The notes under the pieces were generated by a model. The model made no database searches. It had not been told where the DNA came from and saw nothing but the letters and a program-made list of their open reading frames with translations. A stretch of DNA of 64,000 bases, taken from assembly GCA_964658305.1 (NCBI GenBank), contig OZ210885.1:21514001-21578000 (forward strand). Direction: 5' to 3'. Made by a program: the position numbers and the translations under genes. This stretch comes from Leptogorgia sarmentosa. Its lineage: Eukaryota. Of this stretch, positions 27,802-40,300 are shown piece by piece. Numbering within the stretch: the stretch's first letter is position 1; every line of letters starts with the position of its first letter.

Positions 27802-27978
27802 TGTAATGTCCTTCAACAGGTTCGCGGTTTAGACAAAAACTCACACGTAGTATTTCAACAATTAACACATTTATTGCCAGGCTACGCCTTTTTATATCAG
27901 GCTCACTCATGCATACTTGAAGGAATTTGCATATGTATCCCACGTTACAATATAATAATAATAGTGTCTCTCACAACA
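27802..27978 (-). repeat. Gypsy 5' LTR
   Basis: Near-identical to 19241-19415; adjacent to PBS. Confidence 0.95.
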
Positions 27979-27992
27979 ATACTATTAATATA

Positions 27993-28407
27993 GTAATACA
28001 ATGATCACCTCGGGTTCTTTTGTTCTTGCTGGGTGGTTTAATCATGATATTCCCGGCTTTAGCTCTAATTTCTCCCTGATTAAAATTCATGAGCCAAAAT
28101 TGAAAGACACGACAAAGAGTTTTCTTAATATGTTTTACACAACAAACATGCATTGTATTACACAATACTGCTACTATCAATTAGTTTTGTACAATGAAAA
28201 CACTAGTTTCACCTCGGTGATCATTGTACTACAAAGTAATACAATGGTTTTTAAGGATATAGTGATTAAATCTCCCGCAAACCGTGGAATGTTTGTGAAA
28301 GTCCTTCGGGCTTCGCCCACAGGCTTTCCCTCGGGACTTTCACAATCATTCCTTGGTTTGCGGGAGATTTAATCACTATATCCTTAAAAACCATGGTATT
28401 ACTTATA
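27993..28407 (-). mobile_element. Hairpin-headed non-autonomous element (Crypton-like)
   Basis: ~165-bp palindrome 28236-28402 with GGCTTCGCC near the apex; body bounded by GTAATACAATGATCACC...GGTGATCATTGTACTAC. Confidence 0.75.
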
Positions 28408-28650
28408 ATAATTAAGTACTATAACCAATATACCTACAAAACAACCCAACAAAACAATAATAATAAGAACTTACTGCAAATCATCTTGACACTTGACAGT
28501 GACACGTGCAGTAATTATTTTGTACAGTATTGGCATAGGATTACTACAATCAGCATAACATTACAATAGATCTTTCAATGGTTCTGACTGGTTGATGTTT
28601 CCGTTTTACTTGGAAATTTATCGCTGCTTGTAATAACAAACTTAAAGAAA

Positions 28651-30297
28651 TTACAAATTTCCAAATCCAAATCCTCCCAACATTGCTGAAGTCATCATTT
28701 CTGAACTCATCATTTCTTTCATGTTTTCAAATGTCAATGTATGAACTGGGAGTTTTAGAACTAACTTACAGGTAGATACAGTGGGTCGACAATTACAACC
28801 CTCTGCACAACCATGGATAAACTTTACCTCAATTGGTTCTGGAAGACCAAGTGGGGGAAGTTGGAATGAACCAGTGATGAATCTCATCAGATCTCTTAAT
28901 TCTAAATTGTGTTCTTTTATTCCTAAAATATAGACATAGTGTAGCATATTAGTAGACAATTTAACAAATTAAGTTTAACCTACCCTACTTAAGCATATAT
29001 GATCTTGCATACTAATACAATAGTACATTGAGTATCTAGAAGTAAAGATCTCACAAACTAGGATGGCATTTTGAGACTGAGACAGTATGACTAGTTTCAA
29101 TAAGTGATCAGGAATACAATTTACAAGCTATTTATTGTATTTCAAACCTTGGTTTTGAACACAAAGTCTGATGACCTTGTAGTATTTTTATACTTGCCAA
29201 TGTGGTAGAGATGCTCAACAAGATCACAGAAGTGCTTGAAATTAGTTTCCTCTGCCATTTTCTCCACTTGGTTTTCACTGTACACAACTTGTAGTTCATC
29301 TAAAATTCTGCTGATGTAACTGTAAACAAATCACTTTTGACAAATAATGGCCTGAAAAGTTCTGGGTCTTTCTGGATGGCTTCAAGTAATCCACAAACAA
29401 CAAGGCCTTCCTTCAGCTGATTTATCACCCCCAGTTTTGGCTCAATTACAGATTTAATGACAATTGATCTAAACAGTGAAAGTATTGGAAAACCTTTTTA
29501 ATCATGCTAGTGAAGAATAAATATTACTGATACTGCAGTACTTACAGTAAACAGTAAAAGCCCAAAAGGGACAATGGCATGTATTTTGGAACAATTGCAC
29601 TTCTGCTTCTAAGAAATTACCTGACTAGACCTTCTTTACATTCTAATTTTTCTCGGCTTGGTACTCCCCTATAACCCACTTGTGATAGTACATCCAGAAC
29701 ATCATCTTCAACCAGAATAGAATGCAGCTGTTCAACTGTACTAATCTTGTGAATCTGCAACAACAACAACAAACTGCATTTCACACAACATGCTTGTATC
29801 AACTTGCATTAGACAGGGTTGCACATTAATACCAACAAAATGATACAGCTTAGTGGGTTAAAGTACATTAGTACATTACTGTACCTTGTGGGCAACTGTT
29901 TTGAGATTTGCATTTTCTATCATATCCAATGACAGGCAAGTCTGTCCTTTCAAACCTCTTGAAATTATATCATATACGACAGGAGACATGAAATTTGGTG
30001 CTGGACCACCTTGCAATATTGACATGACCATAAGTTCAGCTCCAAGTTTAAATATTTCTTCTGTTAGAGCAACAGTGCTCTCCACTGACATTCCATTTGA
30101 ATGGAAAATTCAGAGCTTCAGTTGTTTAAGTGCATCTGCATACATATAAAAGAGTATCAAATTTTCTGATGTAAAATTAAACCAAGACAAGGTTTCAACA
30201 AAAAACAAGAAAAGAACAATAAGATATGTACCTATTATAATCATCTATATAGTGTACTCTACCTGTGAAAAATTCACGTTTTGGCCCGCCATCACCT
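28651..30297 (-). pseudogene. Spliced HECT-domain E3 ubiquitin ligase (G2E3-like) (copy 2)
   Basis: Exons GDGGPKREFFT (~30297-30263), GAELMVMSILQGGPAPNF (~30136-29885), ~29757-29621, ~29468-29177, last exon 28922-28651 LMRFITGS..RPTVSTC..GFGNL*. Confidence 0.85.
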
Positions 30298-31265
30298 TTT
30301 GTAATCAATGTAATCAATCGGGCATGCTAAAAAGTCCAGGTTGCCCCTAAATCTGTCACTAAAGTATTGGTTTGCAAGCAATAATGAACATAAACTAAAG
30401 CTAACCCTAAAGATGAAACTAATCGAACCCCAAAGCTAACACACAAAACATTAAAACCTATACTCAAACAGATTTTCTAAATCAGCATGCTGTCTTATCA
30501 AATATGTGATGTTTAGTTAGTATATACAGCATTTCTCACCTTCCTCCTTCGACTCTTTCGTGGAAAATACGAGGAAATTCCTTGAAAAAGAACTTTCTTT
30601 GTGCCTCCAATATGCATAAAACTATGGCTTTATCATGAGATTAAACAATTATTGAATGAGGCCGAGTAGGATCAGGGGCGGATCTAGGGGGGGTCAAACA
30701 GGTCACCTGACCTACGTAAAAATGTCAAGCTAATAATTATTCAAACATAAATCTGAACAATCCAGTATAATAATTTCGCGCAGCTGCATAACTCACTGTG
30801 GTCCAGTTACAAAGGCAGTTCAGTTGCAGGCTTAATTCATTCCCTAATTCTTAAATCTTAGTCCAGACTGTCCAGTTAATTATTTCATGCAGCGATGAGA
30901 GCCTTCTGTCTTGAACATCTTGCCACGGTCAAACTGCGGTATTATGCGTGAATTTTGACCCATCAGCTGATGAAATGCGGGCATTTCATTGGTTGGGTGC
31001 GATTTTGACCCTTTTTTATCAATTTAGGACCTGTTTGGGGGAATTTAGGCCTTGCACTAGCCTTTTTGATTGGTTAGTTCAAATGAATTCTTAAACCTTA
31101 TTGGCTACGTTTTTTTGACCCGTTTTGACGGTCACTGGTGTGGTATTCGGGTCATATATGAATAATAATCACGCTGATTTCGGCCTTTCTGATCGGCTTC
31201 TCGACTATAAAGGTTGAATTGGTAGGTTCTATCAGAGTGTTCATAAAAAGTGTTTCTGTCACACA

Positions 31266-34200
31266 ATGGCTGGAAATATCCCGCAATTTTTCGATATCGT
31301 TCAGTCTGCATTCGGACGAAATGACGATAAAAGGTTGCGAGAGGTCTTTAAAGATCTTTCAGACCGTGTGAGTGCTTCGCGCAAGAGTTCGGTCGAAGAG
31401 CTTTTGTCTGCTATATATAGCACGGAATACACCATTGGTCGTAATTTTGGAGCGGAGACTTTTATTCCAAAGGGTATTAGAGGAAAGAAGAAAGAAAAGT
31501 GCACTGCTATAAGGTAAGAATCTATATAATATTTGTTTAATATTTGTCATAATACGAATATGCTTGCATTACAAGTGTTTGTCACCGGCTCTGTCATGTT
31601 GTAAGAATTTGCATAATAGCATATTTGCATTATCTTGCGTCCGATGCTTCGGTCAATAGGTCAGGTTTATACTGCAAACTAAACAACGATATTTATCAAG
31701 TGTAGGATAACATTAATGGATTCCAACTTATTGTAAATCAGAAAATTTTCTGCCCTTTACAAGCAAAAATCTAGAACATCAACATGGGACTATATGTTAC
31801 ACAATACACATATGCTATTATTTGGGTGCGGTGCTCTTAAAGCATTACATATTAATATGATATCCTTATATCCTTACTCCTTAGATCTGAAGCTTCAGGC
31901 AATTGTCTGTACAGTTCGGCCTCATTGGCATTGGTAGGTGACAATAGTTTGATGCACGATTTGAGAATTTTAACATCTCTGGAACTTTTCATGAATCCCC
32001 ATTTTTATTCTCAACATCCATGCTTTTCATCTGTTATGAAGGAGCATCCTGAATCATTTGGAAAAACAGGCAGTAATCTTTTACTATTATCTGTTTCTCA
32101 AGATTGTTTAGATACAGGGTTATTGAAGGAAAATTTGGTAAAGCAAGAGGCTATTTTGAATTGTAATGATGAGAAATGGGCATCATTTCTTTGCATTTTA
32201 GGTCTTTCTTCTATTTTGCACAGGAATATTATAACTTATTATCCTGATTGTGGTCAGGAAAGGCATAGATTATTTTTAACCGTCAGGTAAACCCCCGTTT
32301 GCCGGCTGAGAAAGGTCTTCATGATCTTCACAAGGTAATATTAAACCAGGAGAAGTCTTTCAGCCCAATCATTTTGTTCCTCTTCTTTTTCATCCTCAGC
32401 AGCAGAAGCGTAAGTTAACACACGAGTCAAAGGCAAGTGTGGGGGGCAAAAAACAAAAATCTTCAGCAAATATTGCCCATTTTTTTACTGTAGCAGAAAA
32501 GCCTGTTGTTACTTCTATGTCAAAAGCACCTAATGAAACTTATTCTTCTCCAGCAGCACTAGCAACTGCTCAAATAAATTTAGATCAGCAGCCCAGTACC
32601 TCCAAGGAGTCAGCTGCAGAAGAGGTTAAATCTAATATAGTAAATAACTTTGATGTTTCCTTATACAGGAAAAAAGTAAAAGGTATGAATACCCTGAAAT
32701 TTGTAATTTGATAAAAAATGTTTACAGACTAGACAAAAGTTATTGTTTTCCAAAGGTTAATGGAAGATGTTTTAGGTATGAGTAGCTGGACATATACCCC
32801 TGGCTTTGTTATTCACTATCTGATGATGGCGCATACTGTTTGTCTTGTGTTTTGTTTGGAGATCGTTTTCCAGGCAAAGCTAGAAAGATTCATAGGTTGT
32901 CTTCTGAACCCCTTCATTGTTGGAATGATGCAATTGGTATTTTTAATCGTCATACAGGGCATGGGACAGGGGGAGAAATGGGCTTGCATGCCTGTACTTT
33001 CCCAATTTTAACTGCATTGCTTTCCCAAATCTCAGGAGCAGCACAACCCATTGAAGTTATAATGGATGAGACTGTAAAAAAGGAAGTTAAGGAAAACAGA
33101 AAGAAGTTGGCTTCAATTGCTGACAGTGTTTTGTTTTGTGGTCGTCTTGGTTTACCTCTCCGTGGACATCGTGATGATTCTAAGTATCACCCAGAGGTAG
33201 GGAGCTATTCTACTGGAGGTGTGGGTAATTTTGTTGAATCTCTGAATTTTAGGGTTCGTGCCGGGGATAAGATTTTAGAAGACCATTTGAAGAACTGTGG
33301 TAAAAATAAAAGTTATATCTCAAAGACCAGTCAGAACAAGATAGTTAGTTGTTGTGGTAAGGTAATCAGAGATAAGATAATCCAAGACATCAAAGAAAGT
33401 AAGTTTTTCACAATAATTGCTGATGAAGCCAAAGATGTTTCTCATAAAGAGCAAATGTCACTAGTTTTACGTTTTGTTGATGCTAATATGGATATTAGAG
33501 AAGAGTTTATAGCATTTTTAGATTGTAAGTGGGGGTTAAGTGGTGCCCAACTTTCTAAACGACTACTAGAAGCTTTAAATTATTTAACCTTATCTATTGA
33601 AGATTGTAGGGGGCAGGCATATGATGGGGCAGGTGCTGTTGCAGGTCACCTTAATGGTTTGTCTGCTCAAATTTTAAGATTAAACAAAAAAGCTCTTTAT
33701 ACCCATTGTTATAGCCATAGACTTAATTTGACTATTTGCGATTCTTTGTCTATTGTTGAGGTGAATAAAATGTTAAAGCAGGTTAAAGATGTTTCTTATT
33801 TTATGTATGTTTATCAGACACGCAACATTCCTTTTGAGTTCAGCCCTGAGACGAGAAAGTCCAAGTTGGTGGATGTTTGCCGAACTAGATGGGTTGACCG
33901 CATTGAAGGTTTGGACACATTCCAAGAGCTTGTTGTCCCAGTATTTCGCACACTTGAGCATATGGAAGCAAATACAGATGGTCAGTATAACCCTTCTCTG
34001 TCTGGTGATGCATCTTCTTTACTAACACTTATTTCTCGATTTGATTTTATTGTTGCTTTAGTAATAACTAGAAATGTACTTGATGCTACCCTTTCTGTGA
34101 CTCAATTGTTGCAAGGGAAAAGTATAGATATTAGGCATTCACCTTATCACTAGTTTGAAAAATTCTGTTTTAAAAATGAGAAATGATGTGGATACAACAC

Positions 34201-34870
34201 ATAATACTTGGTATGATGAAGCCTTGACCCTTGCAGCCAAAGTAGATGTTGAAGAGTGGAAGCCAAGGACTCATGGGGGGAGACAAACCACCAGAGGAAA
34301 CCATCCACATGATAGTATTTCTGAATATTACAAACGACTTATAACAATTCCTTTTCTTGATCATGTTTATTCTTCTTTAGAAACAAGATTTGACACTGAC
34401 AGTGTTAATGTATACAAAGGGCTAAGTTTGTTCCCGCGAAAATGTTGTCACTAATTCGTAAAGGCATTGACTGGAAAGAGCAATTTAAGGCTGCTTCAAA
34501 TTTTTATTACGAAGACTTGCCCAATCCTCTAGCTTTGGATGCGGAACTACTTGTGTGGAACACATACTGGGAAACCCTTGTTGGACCACACCCTGATAAC
34601 ATAACAACAACTCTAAAGGCTGTGAACTTCGAAGGTTTTGAAAATATTAAAGTTGTTCTTCGCATTTTAGGGACACTTCCTATTACTTCGTTTGAATGTG
34701 AGCGATCAATATCAGCACTTAGAAACCTCAAAAATTATAAGAGAAGCACCATGGTTGAAGATCGTTTGAATGGCTTGGCTATGATGCACATTCATCAAGA
34801 AATTATTCCTGAAGTTGAAGATATCATTGATGAATTTGCTGTTGGCAATACACGGTTACAGTTCACGTGA
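31266..34870 (+). pseudogene. OTU-like protease fused to hAT transposase (ZMYM1/P52rIPK-like); intron 31514-31884; several frameshifts
   Basis: Spliced AIR^SEASGNCLYSSASLALVG, PNHFVPL; TTF-type Zn finger WLCYS..AYCLSC; LRGHRD; ADEAKD, YDGAG, HCYSH, TRW, CERSIS. Confidence 0.88.
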
Positions 34871-35021
34871 ATATCCCTCTTTGTTTTTTATTTTGTAAAT
34901 TACCACTAGTATATAATGGTCTAAATCTAATTGCATTGTTAGCTTGAGGCACTTACAGGTAGCGCCGCTACCTAGAATCCCAACTTTTTACAGCCATGGT
35001 GTATATTAGATTTATTAGATT

Positions 35022-35075
35022 TTATTACCACTGATGAAGATCCGGGCTTACGGATCGAAAGCTTTGCGATAATAA
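35022..35075 (+). ncRNA. Minimal hammerhead-ribozyme-like motif of Penelope type
   Basis: CTGATGA-A-GATCCG-ggctta-CGGATC-GAAA-GCTTT followed by AATAAA; weak stem I. Confidence 0.6.
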
Positions 35076-35322
35076 AATTACGTGGTGTATTTCCACGAAA
35101 TATATACTTTGGTTCATCTCACTCCTAAATAATGCAAACAGATTCGACGTTTCGTCGTCCTGCAACATTGTACCTTAGATTATTTAATCGCTAAAGCCTT
35201 TATTCTATTTGCTGTATCGAACAATGGGAACCTTATAGAGTTATGGTTACTTTACAACGTATCATCCTTAAATCCTTTCATCTCTTGCAAGTTGCAATTC
35301 CTTTTGATATTTATGCTATAAT

Positions 35323-35656
35323 GCTTATATAACTATGACACATGATATTTGGTTAGGATTTAGCTTAGGTGAGCCCCTGGGAAGGAAGGGAAAAGGGTTA
35401 GAGTTGACTGGGATTGATGTGAAGCCTGAGCAACTTCATGTCCATGAAATGTCCCATATAGTCCCCATCTCTAACCAAACTCCTCCTGCCCCGTGGCAGA
35501 GGTGTGAAGGCGAGTGTCAGCGCCTTAAAACCGGTCTGCTCTTTCGGCCTTTCGTAGGCTGTCCATGTCGGAAACACGGTAGGCCGAGAAGTGTGCTAAT
35601 CTGTGTTTCCTAGGCATGCTGATGAGCCCTGATATGGGGCGAAACAGCCAGTTGTC
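35323..35656 (+). ncRNA. Retrozyme-like monomer ending in a type I hammerhead ribozyme
   Basis: CTGATGA(35619)-GCCC/GGGC stem II-GAAA-CAG/TTG stem III-GTC(35654-35656); flanked by ATAAT direct repeats. Confidence 0.8.
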
Positions 35657-36100
35657 ATAATTTCATCCTACTGAAAAAGTACGATGTAATAAAAAGCGTC
35701 CGTAACGGTCTGTTCATAAACTCTTTGCCCCCCCCCCCCGATTCGGTTAGAAATTTTTTTATTCTTGACCCACATAAGAAAAATTCTAGATCCGCCCCTG
35801 AGTAGGATATGAGGAATTATTCAGGCCTCGGTTTGTGTTATATGCCAAAGCCGAAGGCTGAGGCAGATAACACAAACCGAGGCCTGAATAATTCCCATAT
35901 CCTACGAGGACCGAATTCAATAATTGTTTTATTATTTATTTGTATACAATATAGCGCTTGCAAAAACACGCAATTGCAAGGTACTGGAAATAGAACAATA
36001 ATATAGTGTTCGCAAGACTGAATAAGCCAATCAGACTACAAGAGAAAATGTTCTTATAGCTGTTGTACATTTCAAGGTCGCAGTCAGAGCAATTCAACAT

Positions 36101-36357
36101 ACAATCATATTCATAAGTAGTTGGGACACTAGTGGTCTTAGGACATCAGTGGTATTGTGCGAATAATTAAAAGCCCATAACCCTAACCCCTCCCTCCCCC
36201 ATCCCATTCAATGTTGTTTTTCGAATACATACATGATTGTACGTAAAAACCAAGTGCCAACTATAACACAACATTGCATTGGTGGCAAGGGGGATTGACG
36301 ATTCAGAAAACGATGTGTATTTGGGGAATCTGTCCCAACACATCTGAAAGTGATTGT
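36101..36357 (+). mobile_element. MITE-like dispersed repeat, copy 1
   Basis: ACAATCA..TTGGGACA / TGTCCCAA..TGATTGT imperfect TIR; near-identical to 48101-48355. Confidence 0.8.
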
Positions 36358-37310
36358 CTGAAATAGCCCATTTTAAATATCCGAGGTACTGACCGTTTTA
36401 AAATTTTTTCAAGACAGAATTCTAAACTAACTTGCTCTAGCAAATTAAGTAAATCAATTTGCGACGCTGGTGTTCTTTACGGCGCGTGGTTTCGCAAATA
36501 TATATTAGATATCACATAATGAGCTTCCATACTTGAAGTATTAGCATATATGTGATACACAATGCGAGTTTTTGCAAAAAGTACCTTGATAAATCAGGCC
36601 TATGCAAGGGCGAAATACACCTTTATCTGAAAACCCGGGCATATCAATAATTGTTCACTAGCGTGCATGGGTAAACAATTCGGTAAAGCCTAAATCCCGT
36701 GCATAACATTATAACATTAGGGAAATATAACATGTATCAAAACAAGTGCACGGTTGACACTGTCAATCCTATACGAATTTCATAGTTTTAACATGCGGTT
36801 TTCACAGCAATATCTATTTTATTGATAATAAATTAATGACAGTAGAGAGGAGGCGTAGACTCATAGACTACAAACCATAACTGCGGCAATTTAGCGGGAG
36901 AAAATCATAAAAATAAAAACACCTGAAAAAATAAAAACATGATTCTACTATATCTATATCTTTATTTAGCAAAAAGTGTCAACCGTGCCAAAAACTTGGT
37001 AAATTCATATCAATAACCCAAATTTTGTGTCAAAACATTGCTAAATATTCCCTAGATATTGTTTGATATAAAGATTCGATCTCTTTCGTTGGAAATATTA
37101 TTATTTGAACATACAAATACACAAATACACAAAATGTTGTTCTAAGGTTCACTGTTCAGTGTTCACTATACAAAACCTACAAACCATGTGTTCGATCACG
37201 TGATTACGCACGCCAACCTGCGCTCGGGCGAAATCTAAATGATGTTCTTTACACTCCCCCGCTGATTACTAAATGTAATCTGAACTATACTAACAATTAA
37301 CAAATTTAAA

Positions 37311-40300
37311 CTAAAGTAACCTATCGTTTATGAGTTCTTCTCTTAAGAGTTCGCTGGCCATTGCTGCTGCTCTTCGTGGTCGTTTGTTTCCTACACTCGA
37401 TGTTGTCGTCGGCCCTGTTGGATACTCAATTCCCATTGTTTTGATCTCCTCCAAGTGTGCATTGCGATTAACTTCGAGAGGAACTAGATGCTGTATCGTC
37501 CTTCTCCATACGTCCGACTTTCCATTTTCACTACCAACTCTAACCTTCGCTGCCCGAACTACTCCGTCATCTCCCGATATGAGCTCCTCGACCTTTCCAA
37601 GTCGCCAGAAATTTCTGTTCTTCTTATCATTCTTGATTATCACAACATCTCCTATGGACAATTCCTCTGTTTTCTGACGTTTGCTGTTTACTCTTGAATT
37701 CTCGCGTAAATTTAGCAAATATTCCTTTCTCCAACGAGTGGTAAACTGTCGCAAAATGTGTTTGTGATGCTTCGCTCTCTTGCTTAACGATGCGTTGGTA
37801 CTGACTATCTCGTAATGTTGACTGTTTGGACTCGAGCCAAGGCGCCGTCCATAAATTAGTTGCGACGGAGAGAGCGCATACGAAACTGACTCCTCATCAT
37901 CATAGACGTAAGTTATGGGTCGCGCGTTTATAACTCCTTCTATTTCTATAAGAACGGTTGACAGTTCGTCATAATCCAGAGTGGATCGCCCGATGATCTT
38001 CTTAAGAACAATCTTAACACTTCGCACTAACCGCTCCCAAAACCCGCCCCACCATGGGGCCCTTTCAACTATGAATTGCCAGGTTATACCTCGGCTTGTG
38101 AGAAAGTTCTGTACCTCTTTCGACCTGCAAATGCTTTCGACTTCCTTAGACGCCGATTTGAATGTTGTAGCATTATCTGATATCAGCTGTGATGGTAAGC
38201 CACGTCGACTCGCAAAACGTCGGAAACTCAGTAAGAACGCCTTGTTACTAAGAGCTCGAGTTAGTTCAAGATGAATCGCTCGAGTTGATGCACACGTATA
38301 TAAACAAACATACACTTTCGAAGATGTATTTCCATCTGAGCGTTTTCCTTACGTAATATACAAAGGCCCTAGAAAGTCTAGTCCCGTGTTTGCAAAAGGC
38401 GGAGAATCGTCAACTCTGATTCTCGGTAAATCCGGTGTCGGTTGTGGACTACACGTTCTGGCCTGATGTCTTCGACAAACAACGCACTCCTTTAAAATCC
38501 GTTTCACCGTCTCCCTTCCTCGCAAAATCCAAAATCTTTCACGTAACATTGACAAAGTATGATTTATGCCACTGGAAATGCCGAATGACCAAACTGGTAA
38601 AGTAGTGTTTGGATGGTAGAAGTATCGGTCGTTTCTCTGATGCCAGGATAGGTGCGTTATTCAATCTTCCCTTCGACTTTAGTAAGCCGTCATCATCGAT
38701 ATACAATCCCAAGTTTCGAACGTTTGCCGGCAGCGAAGTTTTCGACCGACTTCGTAGATATTCCAATTCCTGAGCAAAGCTCGATTCTTGAACAGCTTGA
38801 ATCCACGTCCTTTCCGCGTTCGTGAGTTCGAAGGCAGAAAGCTCCAAGTGCTCTGACCCGTTGCTTGACATTTGTTCGTTAGTATGTTTGACTCTTCTCT
38901 TTAACTTGTATATGAAACGAAAAACATATCCGGTCACTCGAAGAAGCTTCAATTTGCTGCTGTATCTCGTACAATCGATCACCGCTGCTACATCCAAAGG
39001 TTGAGAACTCACGGCTCCAACTAACGCGCGTGTAACTAATTTCGGCTGTTTGACTATCTCCACTTCTGCTGTCGGATCAATTTGTTCTCGAGGAGCAAGT
39101 TTAGGCCACTCTTCCTCTGGTCGTTGTAAGAAAAATGGTCCATTCCACCACAGTGAATTCGAAACTATCTCGTCCACCTGTATTCCTCGCGACGACAAGT
39201 CGGCTGGGTTCATTGTACCCGGACAATGATTCCACGACTCTCTGTCAGTCAGATTTCGAATTTCCTTTACCCGTTGACTCACGTATTGCTTCCAAGGCTT
39301 CTCATTCCTTATCCAGCAGAGGACCGCTGAAGAGTCCGTCCAATGGAATGTTCGTAATTGTCCTAATCGGTCCGCTAGAGCATTACCTACAGAGCTCGTC
39401 AATCGAGCTAAGATATTGGCACCGAGCAATTCTAGGCGAGGAATTGTTTGTTGTCTCATTGGTGAAACCTTGGATTTAGCTGCAACTAAACGCACCGTAA
39501 TGACTCCATTCTCGTACACTGTTCGCACATAAACAACTCCAGCAAATGCACGTTGGCTAGCATCGGAAAATCCGTGCAACTGAACATCCATGACCTTAAT
39601 CGTCGGAATAAAATAACATCGCGGCACGGTTATTCCACTTAATTTCTCCATCTCAGATAGAAGCTTGTTGTACAGTTTAAGTGTTTCCCCTTGTAGATCA
39701 TCATCCCACTTCGATTGTTCCTTGCAAAGGGTTTGGAACAACATTTTCAACCTGACTGTCACAGGACTAAGAAACCCGATTGGGTCAAAAAACTTTGCTG
39801 CAGTTTTCAACACCGATCGCTTCGTTCGGGGAAGTTGCATTGCATAACTCGTAATTTCACAAAACTCGAAAAATAATTCATCCTCGTTTGTATCCCAACT
39901 CACTCCCAATATTTTGGATTTGCTCTCGTCGACAGTTTGTGATCCCACGACTGTTTCCACATAGGTGCGATCATCTTCCACTACACCTATCACCTCGGTT
40001 AAATGTTTCCGTGTTGATGCGTCAGTTGCTTCGCATTTAGCAATTCGATCCCTCAAGGCTTTCGAGTTAGACTTCCATTTCCGTAGGTTAAATCCACCAC
40101 ATTTCATAACACGCTTGGTCGATTCATAAATTTTGAACGCCTCATCGTCGTCACTTGCTCCCGTCGGTAAATCGTCCACATACGAGTCCTGTAAAGCATG
40201 CACTGCTCCTGGATCTGTTTCCTTATGTTTCTCCAGATGATGATTCACGGTTGCTCCGAGGATGGCTGGACTGGGTTTGAGTCCGAAAACCAAACGACAA

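Larger units (their letters stand above)
19241..27978 (-). mobile_element. Full-length degenerate Ty3/Gypsy LTR retrotransposon
   Basis: LTRs 19241-19415 and 27802-27978 (TG..CA), ATAC TSD, PPT 19416-19427, TGG-initiated PBS ~27782-27799; gag, mutated protease VVGTGS, RT YLDD, RNase H DTDAS, internally deleted integrase. Confidence 0.95.
30673..35800 (+). mobile_element. Complete hAT DNA transposon
   Basis: 15-bp TIR CAGGGGCGGATCTAG; 8-bp TSD AGTAGGAT (30665-30672, 35801-35808); TTGACCC subterminal repeats. Confidence 0.96.
30641..35935 (+). repeat. Hairpin head of a Crypton-like element (30641-30672 plus 35801-35935), split by the hAT insertion
   Basis: AAACAATTATTGAAT...ATTCAATAATTGTTT arms; apex GCCGAAGGC. 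Confidence 0.7.
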
